Positions 12,281 through 22,222 of a DNA stretch of 59,028 bases are shown piece by piece. A program made the translations under genes and the position numbers. Every line of letters begins with the position of its first letter. Within the stretch, counting starts at the first letter, position 1. Below the pieces are notes generated by a model that was given only the letters and a program-made list of their open reading frames with translations, had not been told where the DNA came from and did not search any database. This DNA comes from Macrostomum lignano (taxonomy: Eukaryota): assembly GCA_002269645.1 (NCBI GenBank), contig NIVC01004126.1, forward strand, positions 1-59,028. The letters run 5' to 3'.

Positions 12281-12650
12281 AGGGGGGCCGTAGCCCAGCG
12301 GTAGCGCAGCTGCTCTGGTGTGCCAGCGACCCAGGCTCGATTCCAAGTGCAGTCACATTAATTTGGGGCTGAATTGGAATCTCGGCTTGGCTCTGCTCGT
12401 GCAATTAACGGCCTTGAGAGCCAACCCCCAAGGCGCAGTGAAGTGTACATGCCTAACGATAATATAAAGTTAGGGCCGCTGTACACTCCTGTGTGAGTGT
12501 GTGCCTGCGTACGTATCCACGCGCTTGTATGCCTGCTCAGGGGAGTCGGCGGAATGGGCAGTAATGCCTCTCGCGGGTTGTGTGCCAATATCGCTTAAAG
12601 TGCGCCAGGGTGCACACAACCCCCCTGCCTCTAAAAAAAATAATAAAAAA
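12281..12650 (+). mobile_element. Full-length tRNA-derived SINE (family A)
   Basis: A-box TAGCCCAGCGG, B-box-like GGCTCGATTCC, A-rich tail, and a 13-bp TSD atcacctgagcag at 12268-12280 and 12651-12663; related copies elsewhere in the window. Confidence 0.85.
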
Positions 12651-13888
12651 ATCACCTGAGCAGTCAAGGTGAACTCCGGGACTCAAAGCCTCAGTTGGAG
12701 TCTCAGTTCGCCTGCCTGACCGGACCGAATTAGGTGCATCTCCGGGCCCATCACTCATCGAGTGCCTTCATCGAAGAAGTGAACAATTGCTTCCGGATGC
12801 CCTCACAGTTAATAGCAGCCAAGGACCATTAATGGAATATAAGGCACACCATCAAGCAATACTCGACTCCCATATAGCAGCAGCGTCTCAGAGCAGAGTC
12901 AGCAGCGGCACTTCCTGCACCGACTGTGGCAGCACGAATCAGTCGGGACAGCATATGAGCACTGGTATTGATGAGCTGCAGGGGGGGGGGCTCATGAAAT
13001 GTCGAGTTAACCCAGAGTCACGCGGTCAGGTAGGACGAGGCTGACAAGGGGCGCGCGCGCGCACCTCAAAATTCTACGAGAAGTTTGTCTCACCTCCCAA
13101 CCGTCAACACGATGACTCAACTTCGACCACTGTCTAAGTCACTGCTATTCAGCTGAGGTGTGCAGCCGGTCATAGCGTCGCCAATCTGCTGCAGTACATA
13201 CGAGTCATGTATGCCCAGGTGATTCTAAAATATATTCTCCGCTCGGAGATCATGACTCCATTTTTGAAGGCATCAAAACAGCATTTTCCTTCCTTTCTGT
13301 TGGCAAACGCAGGACCATGGGTTTGTGGATCATTTTTTCAGACCCTGCGGCTCAGCTCATTTATCAGAGGGGATCCGTGCAGCAGCCCAGCGGCCTCCCC
13401 AGCTCTCAGTCGCCATTTTATGAGGCCAGTTGGGGTAAAGCAGGCAGGTGCTTTTTCACAATAAAACACGAGCCCTCGGCACCGTCACCTGCATTGCCTG
13501 CCGCCTCAATCGGCTGCTGCCGGCTTCTTCTGAGCCATTTGCATCGACAAATTTATTTTAATAACCAACCCCTAGCAATAAATTAAACGAGCTGGGCTTT
13601 CATAAAAAATCCTTTCCCAGTTTCAACGCCGGGGTCTGGATGCGGCTGCTCAGCCCTGCAGTCACAGACCGCGGACATGCATGATAATAATTCAACACTA
13701 CTGTTATATACCATATTTTTAATATTTGTCTCTAATATTCAGTTGCTGCCATCTTCGTCTGGACTCCCACCCAATAAATTTAGCTGTACTAACAAACCAG
13801 CAATTCCTGTATTTAATCGTTGGCTCTCGCTCTGCATGGCTCAGAGAGTCTGGACCTTCCCGTAGTCTGAGCGTCTGAGGCAGTCGAG

Positions 13889-14015
13889 CCTTAAGCACAG
13901 TTGGATAGGCTTTTCGACTGCACAAGCTCTTTAAGCACAATTGGATAGGCTTTTCGACTGCACAAGCTCTTTAAGCACAATTGGATAGGCTTTTCGACTG
14001 CACAAGCTCTTTAAG
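13889..14015. repeat. 40-bp unit x3 (ttaagcacaattggataggcttttcgactgcacaagctct)
   Basis: Visible tandem copies. Confidence 0.9.
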
Positions 14016-15985
14016 CAGGCCAGCGCCCCATCTGCAGGCTGATCTCGGCCTCTGTTCCTCTGTTTGGAAGATTCCTACAAGCTCTGGCATCTACTGCGGT
14101 GACTGCTTCGACGTTACCGATCTTCCTGTTCCCTGCGCAGAGCCAAACGCCATGACTTCGCGCACCTCCTTACCTGTACCGCTCATCCTGCGGCTCTCGA
14201 GCCGCGGTCGATACTAAATGGATTCCACGCACAGTGGCGAGATTCCCCAAGCTGCCCATCCGTGTGCATCCGAAATTAACCAGTAGATCAGGGGTAATTT
14301 CGATAACTTTTGTAGGCCGTCGGAAATTCGGTCATTCGCTGGAATGCCAGCACTTTGTCTCCCTTGGAGGTCTTTGAAACCGACATTGTCGCCGCGAACC
14401 GCGAAATTGCGACGGTACACACTGGCCTGCTGCGCACCGCTTTCAAGATCGGCATTTGACCTGAAAGTCAACACGGTGCTTCATTGCCGCGCAGGCCTGG
14501 TGGTCCGTCCAAAAGTGACCTGCTGCGGCGTCGGCGACTCCAGCTGGGAAACCCCGCGACTTGACTAAATATGGTTCTTCATCGCGTCCTGGAGAGCGCA
14601 CAGAATGCACTGCTGAGGAAAGTCTTCGTATCGGACTACAGTACAGGTGAGGCTGTTTCAGGTGCTCTGTACAGTTTCCTGGAATTTTCCGAAGCATTTG
14701 TCAAGTAACGACTGGCTCCAATCCTGATCTGCTGCTAATGATTGTCTCACCAAAATCAGGTGTCTGGAGCAGCTGCGTCACGCCACGCCACGTCAAGTCA
14801 ATTTCATTGCTACTGACACTCAAGAGACGCCCGGTTGTTCACGTTGCGGAGCGATGAAGCTCAGGTTATAAAGATTAGCGGAACAGGAAGCCTGGTCGAC
14901 AGACTGCTGGCGAAGAAGTTCTCAAAAGTGTTCCATCCTCTTATTGGTTCTTGTCCCTGTCTTTGCTATCGTGTCCCACGTCTACCAAGAGAAGCCTCAT
15001 GATTGTACTTTTAAAAACTCTTGGCCTACATCTATTAGCCGCCTCACTGCACTGTGCTGTTCCGGTGCACTCCATGGATAAATATTTTTAATAGCTTTTC
15101 CGTATCTGCCACCATCTGAAGTCGGGCCTGACGCACACAGGCCCGAGCCATTGCGAGGATGATCCATCCTGCGAGCGCCTCAGCCGGCAGAATCTGGGCA
15201 GAAATTTTCATGAGTCAAGAAAAAGCTTGCAAAAGAAGCAGCTCTGATCGAGTTGTTGCTTGTTATTCTTAGAAATGAGCTCTGCCACTCCAGCAGCATC
15301 GATACAGATCGGGATGCTCGGGGCTTTTGTGCTTTTAACATGATTTCGAAAATTCCGCTGTGAGCAGCCTTCGAGCAAGCAGACAAGCAACAAAGGTTGA
15401 TAAGCTGAGAGCGTCAAAGACCGGCTCTGGACTTCGAAAAAACTAATTAATAAGATTTATTTAATTCCGAGCTAATTCCATAGTGAACAAAACTGCACTG
15501 CCGCACAGGAGAGCCAGTGAGCCGACAGGCAACTGAAAATGAAGCCAGAGGGCAGGCAGAAGCACTCAGACTAAGCCAGAGAGCAGTCATCCAATTTAGT
15601 TTGATCATGGGGCTTGAGGCACTACCGCGAGGCGACAGTCGACTCAAAGCCGGTGAAGGGGCAGCAGTCATGCGCATTCCACTGAACCCCTGACCACCCA
15701 CTTGCACACCGCTGACCACCCACTTGTCCCTCACAGTCCTCAAACTCCATACTCATTGTTCCCTAATCATAATTAACTGATAACAATTGGCATATAGCCA
15801 TTTACCAATGAAATGTGTAGCATTCAATGCATTAGCGAGACATAGAATTGTGTGAGGCGAGCGCGGACTACTGAGCTGAGATTCTGAAGATGCTGCAACA
15901 GAGCGAAAGTCAGAGTGGGGACCGCATTCACAGCACGGGCTGCAGTTACATGTATGTAGTGCAGAAATAAAACAGATTGTACCCA

Positions 15986-16866
15986 CAGGAGGTCAGAGAA
16001 CTAAAATGCAACAAAAGCGACATCACTGTAACTACAGGAGGTCAGAGAACTAAAATGCAACAAAAGCGACATCACTGTAACTACAGGAGGTCAGAGAACT
16101 AAAATGCAACAAAAGCGACATCACTGTAACTACAGGAGGTCAGAGAACTAAAATGCAACAAAAGCGACATCACTGTAACTACAGGAGGTCAGAGAACTAA
16201 AATGCAACAAAAGCGACATCACTGTAACTACAGGAGGTCAGAGAACTAAAATGCAACAAAAACGACATCACTGTAGTAGTTACAGTGATGTACTCATGAC
16301 AGGACAGTGACAGTGATGTACTCATGCTGTTCTCTGACAGGAGGTCAGAGAACTAAAATGCAACAAAAGCGACATCACTGTAACTACAGGAGGTCAGAGA
16401 ACTAAAATGCAACAAAAACGACATCACTGTAACTACAGGAGGTCAGAGAACTAAAATGCAACAAAAGCGACATCACTGTACCTACAGGAGGTCAGAGAAC
16501 TAAAATGCAACAAAAGCGACATCACTGTAACTACAGGAGGTCAGAGAACTAAAATGCAATAAAAACGACATCACTGTAACTACAGGAGGTCAGAGAACTA
16601 AAATGCAACAAAAACGACTCACTGTAACTACAGGAGGTCCGAGAACTAAAATACAACAAAAGCGACATCACTGTAACTACAGGAGGTCAGAGAACTAAAA
16701 TGCAACAAAAACGACATCACTGTAACTACAGGAGGTCCGAGAACTAAAATACAACAAAAGCGACATCACTGTAACTACAGGAGGTCAGAGAACTAAAATG
16801 CAACAAAAACGACATCACTGTAACTACAGGAGGTCCGAGAACTAAAATACAACAAAAGCGACATCA
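15986..16866. repeat. 49-bp tandem array (caggaggtcagagaactaaaatgcaacaaaagcgacatcactgtaacta)
   Basis: Period 49 (15986 to 16035); interrupted at ~16275-16340. Confidence 0.95.
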
Positions 16867-17599
16867 GTCCCGCTGCTGACTTTCGCGTCTCTGTCTGGGC
16901 TGGGCAGCAGCTCATACAGATGGCCAGACCAGCACCAACAAAAAGTACATCCGGCTTTCCAGTGAGCATGCAGCTCTGCTCAATGGGTTCGATGTGCTCT
17001 GTCCTCTTGGATTCCCAGTCTCCCAGGGCTTCACATTGGATGGCATCGCTGCCTGCGCACGCGGCGGGGGCAGTATAAGTAACTTAAATCAGAATTCAAA
17101 ATCAGATTCTGATGAAGTCCGACACATCCACCAAAGTACCTGGGTTTGATTCCGAAAATGTGCCGGGGGCTTGTCTCAAATGCTCTGTGCACAAGCGAGG
17201 CGTGATCCTGGCCTCCTCGCTGGATTCGCGGTGTCCGTCAGCAATCAGTAAGCCGCACAGCATGCCTATAAAATTATGCAAAATGCGCGCGGTTTCGATT
17301 TCGCTCGATTTTTAAGCCCAATAATTGGCGCCAGCAACTGTCCCAATAGACGATGATGAATCGTGCAGACTCGAAAAAATTTCCTTCCAAAGTGCTCGAG
17401 TGCGGAAAAGTACTTCTCATATGCAGAGCACACTACAGTTCTACGAGCTAGTTTGCAATCAGCAGCTTTAAACATGCTGGGGTAACGAGGACCACTATGC
17501 TAGTAGAAGTAGAGCGACATGCCAGGTTGCTACTCTTTATAGTAGTACGTAATGCTGTTTAAGTAGCCAGCTGTCCTAACGCGTTAATCATAACCACAT

Positions 17600-17812
17600 C
17601 AAGCATCGGCTGAGGAGTTGAGCATCCGGCTCTCACTCTGCGACCCATGGCATTCATTCGGCTGTCGGGGATTTCTGTGCGATTCAATCGCATGAGGACC
17701 AACCACCAAGGCGCAGAGACTACAAGCCTGACGATTAGAAAGCCAGAGCCGCTGTACACCCTGTGTGAGCGTGTATGAGTGCGTGTCTGCGTACAGTGTT
17801 GGCGCGCTTGTA
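17600..17812 (+). mobile_element. Diverged SINE family A fragment
   Basis: ccaaggcgcag..gccgctgtacaccctgtgtgag..gcgcgcttgta matches ~12425-12530. Confidence 0.6.
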
Positions 17813-19017
17813 ATGTCTACCATGTCTAACATGTCAAAAATGTCTACCATGTCTAACATGTCTACCATGTCTAAAATGTCTAACATGTCTACCATGTCTA
17901 CCATGTCTACCATGTCTAACATGTCTACCATGTCTAACATGTCTACCATGTCTAACATGTCTACCATGTCTAACATGTCAAAAATGTCTACCATGTCTAA
18001 CATGTCTACCATGTCTAACATGTCAAAAATGTCTACCATGTCTAACATGTCTACCATGTCTAAAATGTCTAACATGTCTACCATGTCTACCATGTCTACC
18101 ATGTCTAACATGTCTACCATGTCTAACATGTCTACCATGTCTAACATGTGTACCATGTCTACCATATCTACCATGTCTAACATGTCTACCATGTCTAACA
18201 TGTCTAACATGTCTACCATGTCTACCATGTCTACCATGTCTAACATGTCTACCATGTCTAACATGTGTACCATGTCTACCATGTCTACCATGTCTAACAT
18301 GTCTACCATGTCTAACATGTCTACCATGTCTAACATGTCTACCATGTCTAACATGTCTACCATGTCTAACATGTGTACCATGTCTACCATATCTAACATG
18401 TCTACCATGTCTACCATGTCTACCATGTCTAACATGTCTACCATGTCTAACATGTGTACCATGTCTGCCATGTCTACCATGTCTAACATGTCTACCATGT
18501 CTAACATGTGTACCATGTCTGCCATGTCTACCATGTCTAACATGATGTCTACCATGTCTACCATGTCTACCATGTCTAACATGTCTACCATGTCTAACAT
18601 GTCTACCATGTCTAACATGTCTACCATGTCTAACATGTCTACCATGTCTAACATGTCTACCATGTCTAACATGTCTACCATGTCTAACATGTGTACCATG
18701 TCTACCATATCTAACATGTCTACCATGTCTACCATGTCTACCATGTCTAACATGTCTACCATGTCTAACATGTGTACCATGTCTGCCATGTCTACCATGT
18801 CTAACATGTCTACCATGTCTAACATGTGTACCATGTCTGCCATGTCTACCATGTCTAACATGTCTACCATGTCTAACATGTCTACCATGTCTAACATGTG
18901 TACCATGTTCTAACATGTCTACCATGTCTAACATGTCTACCATGTCTAACATGTCTACCATGTCCACCATGTCTACCATGTCTAACATGTCTACCATGTC
19001 TAACATGTCTACCATGT
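17812..19017. repeat. 9-bp microsatellite (catgtctac/catgtctaa)n, ~1.2 kb
   Basis: Produces the MST/MSN and MLD/MVD pseudo-ORFs. Confidence 0.97.
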
Positions 19018-19385
19018 TTTTTCGCGTCGCCAGGCCAGAGGAGACATTTTGCTGCTGGCTCCTCCACGCAGTGACAGGGAGCAAGCAATAGTTGATTACA
19101 CCTTGCCCCAGTTTGGCCAGATGTGCAACCGACAGCTCAGCCGCAGCTATTGAGCGGCGCATCTGAAGGCTGCGTACGGCTGTTCAGTCCAAGGACTGGG
19201 TCGCCACACACAGCCTCAATTACCCCAGCTAATGCTGGTGCCCATTTTACAGCTGGGTGAACTGAATCAATGCATAGTTGAGTGTCTTGCTCAAGGACAC
19301 AAAATTGTTCCGAGTGGGTTGAGAATCGAACCCCCGACCTTCAAGTCGTGAGTCCGACGCTCTGACCACTAGGCTACAACCCATA
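19018..19385 (-). mobile_element. tRNA-derived SINE (family B) with CORE/Meta-like central domain
   Basis: Minus strand: A-box TAGCCTAGTGG, B-box GGTTCGATTCT, then GTGTCCTTGAGCAAGACACT..CTGTAAAATGGG and a short A tail at ~19018-19023. Confidence 0.75.
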
Positions 19386-19409
19386 CCCAACCCAACCCAA
19401 TTAATAGAA

Positions 19410-19645
19410 GGAAGACCAATGTTCATCTTTTGATATGTCTCGCCTTTCTTATAGCTATAGATTTCGTGTATAAAATTAGGATTCTATGCTAATTGCATAT
19501 CCTACGTACATTTACAATCGTACATGCCCTATGCCTAATAATCATAAAAATGGAACAACTAGACTCATTGGCTTTATGAATCTATTTTAATAGCATATCA
19601 TTCTTAGCTTAATGACCTGCCTCCTAACATTTTCCAAGAATTTTA
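19410..19645. mobile_element. Internally deleted relative of the 10.9-11.5 kb fold-back element
   Basis: accaatgttcatcttttgata..aaaattaggattctatgctaattg..ttatgaatctatttt..cattcttagcttaatga..ctgcctcc shared with that element. Confidence 0.6.
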
Positions 19646-19699
19646 GTTTCTTGCCCTTCTACTTGAGCAGTCCATGTATTTTATGAATGGTTCATTGAC

Positions 19700-19845
19700 A
19701 CCTTCACTGTTTTGATTCTCAAGCCGCTGGAAACGTGTCCATGGAAACGGACATGCATGTGCTGCAGAGAGCAACAGTCGAAGGTGGTGCTGGAGTACCA
19801 GTTTGCTGGGGTCCGGCTGTGCCAGCCTCCACAGCCGAACACAGC
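19700..19845 (+). pseudogene. Decayed fragment of the thumb-domain exon of DEG/ENaC paralog 2
   Basis: ctgttttgattctcaagccgctggaaacgtgtcc..gctggagtaccagtttgctg matches the reverse complement of ~22930-23075 with small indels. Confidence 0.85.
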
Positions 19846-20099
19846 GGGTATTGATTTTAAGGTTGCCTTTGCTTCCACCAGATTGCACAAAGCTCTGTAT
19901 ACCATCCTTTAGGGAACCACGGAAGCTGCCACTACACTGTACGCAAGTGCGTACTACCATAATTTCCCACTCAACTAACTGGTGCTATTCAATATAACGC
20001 TCCGACGGGCAAAATTAGCAGCGCATTTCGCTAAACCTGGTAGGCAACTTTGCAGACGAGTGCAGGATCGAGCTGCCGCCATTGTCAACGCGCCGCCAC

Positions 20100-20170
20100 C
20101 CCTAACCCTAACCCTAACCCTAACCCTAACCCTAACCCTAACCCTAACCCTAACCCTAACCCTAACCCTA
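20100..20170. repeat. Interstitial telomeric repeat (CCCTAA)11+
   Basis: 11 perfect units plus a partial unit. Confidence 0.97.
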
Positions 20171-20962
20171 CCCGCTGTCTGCCAGACCCTGTAAACGAGT
20201 AGAGCTTTAACTTCGATTGTTTGCCATGCAGCCTCGTAAGCAGACAAACTTGTGAAACCGCCCTGAACCAAGCGAACCAAGTCCAATTAGACTAATCAAA
20301 TTTTTTTATTGCAAGGCCGTGACAGCCGCTGTGGACGAAGCAGGTGGCAGGTGATTTTGATTAAATTTTGATTAAATTAATGATGCTGTTGACTCCCTGG
20401 TGTGGCAGCTTAGTGCATGGGGAAGTCTGAGCAACAGGGCATTAAGACTGAGCTCTCTCGTGAACTCGGGGGCATCCCTGCCGCTCTGATTCTCCGAGCA
20501 GAATGCCAAAAACCCAATGTCGATCTGACTCAGGGCCGCAGTTTTCACCCACTTTGAAAACATGCCTAGAAAAACAGAAGTTGGGCACGGATGCTCCGCC
20601 TGATTGTCTCAGTCTTCTTCGCAGCCGGTGCGAGACTCGATGGCTCCGGCACGTGACGCTCCGGTAAGCAGAGAAAGAAGCTCGTTCTCGGATAGTGACG
20701 TGACTCGATGTGGTGCTCAAAGAATCCTAATCGGATCCTCAGGCTGATCCTCCGAGGCGACCTTGGTCTGAGAGCAGCCAACCAAGGAGCCTAATGCCAA
20801 TGCGGGCAGTGATCGAGCGTCAAGCTTCACCGTCAGCTTGCTCTGCCGATGCATTTACTCCAGCTTCTTAGCCTCCTGCTTTCTGAAGGTGTGTGGAACC
20901 TGACGTTGGTCGCTGACGGATCGAGAGCGCGCCATTCTCCAGCTTCTCCAGACGTTCCCTCA

Positions 20963-21210
20963 ACAGTGACGTTCCCTCAGCAGTGACGTTCCCTCAGCAG
21001 TGACGTTCCCTCAGCAGTGACGTTCCCTCAGCACTGACGTTCCCTCAGCAGTGACGTTCCCTCAGCAGTGACGTTCCCTCAGCACTGACGTTCCCTCAGC
21101 AGTGACGTTCCCTCAGCAGTGACGTTCCCTCAGCACTGACGTTCCCTCAGCAGTGACGTTCCCTCAGCAGTGACGTTCCCTCAGCAGTGACGTTCCCTCA
21201 GCAGTGACGT
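20963..21210. repeat. 17-bp tandem array (cagtgacgttccctcag)
   Basis: Visible tandem units. Confidence 0.95.
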
Positions 21211-21551
21211 CACGCGACTGCTATTGCAGCGGCGCTGCTATATGGAAGCTCCGGATTGACATCGAACTCCATTTAATGGGCTCCGCCACTAATGCATATC
21301 TTCATCCTCGTTTATGATTTTGGCGCTCTCGAAGGTGCCAAAGCTCCAGTTGGAGTACAGCATGACCGGGTGCAGACAACGACAGGACAGCGGTACATCA
21401 CGCTCGGGTTTGGTGTCACTAAAGGGGGACACGCCATCGAAGGCAATCGTCTTGGCGGTCTGGTCTTTCTCCCTCGCCACGAGCCATTGGCGCAAATAAT
21501 CTGGTCTGGCTGTTTCAGACTGAATGAATGATAAATCAAATACGCTCGAAA

Positions 21552-21570
21552 TCTGTCTGTCTGTCTGTCA

Positions 21571-21617
<47 letters not shown>

Positions 21618-21665
21618 ATGGCGTCTGTCTGTCTTAGCGTCTGTCTGTCTGTCTGTCTGTCTGTC
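21552..21665. repeat. (TCTG)n microsatellite
   Basis: Visible. Confidence 0.95.
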
Positions 21666-22222
21666 AACTAGCAGCTGTTTTATTGCGTAATAAAGTCTGT
21701 CTTGGTATTCACGATTAAGTTTCAGTAACTTTTTCAGGGTTAAAAAGTTCGACGCTTCTCCGAGTTAGATGCCGAGAAAGTGCAGCCATCGATCGAAAAG
21801 TCTCTACAGGCACGTCTAAATAAAACGAATTTATTCAGGAGTGACGATAAGAATTTAAAGGTCAAGTTTTGTAAGAGGAAAGGAAAAAAGAAAAAAACAA
21901 GTAAGCAAAGGAAAAAGGTTTCTGTGAAAACTATTTCTGATCTGACAAACAGATGAAGAGAACTAACATCAAAATGTCTTACCAAACATACTCGTACATC
22001 GTTAGGTTTGTCATTAAAGATTTAAAATGAAGCGAGTGAAACATACTTGTATTCTTTAAACTTTGCTTATATAATTCTTTAGTAGATAGGAATTCCAAGC
22101 ACAGCAAGGCCAACAGATGTCAATCGGTGTTCATGGGCTGGTTACGGAGACCTTACAAATTACCAGGCACCTGTACTTCTAGTTTCCGGCATCAATTCTC
22201 AAACCACATTCACGACTTCTCG

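Noticed and set aside
14100-14700. Possible decayed coding or retroelement sequence (FWTDHQA resembles the RNase H TDH motif)
   Set aside because: Single short motif, stops in all frames, no other pol motifs
17599-19162. 380-435-aa ORFs (MLDMVD, MSTMSN, HGRHVR)
   Set aside because: Translations of a 9-bp microsatellite
19305-19385. Functional tRNA gene
   Set aside because: Acceptor stem not convincing and followed by a SINE body and A tail
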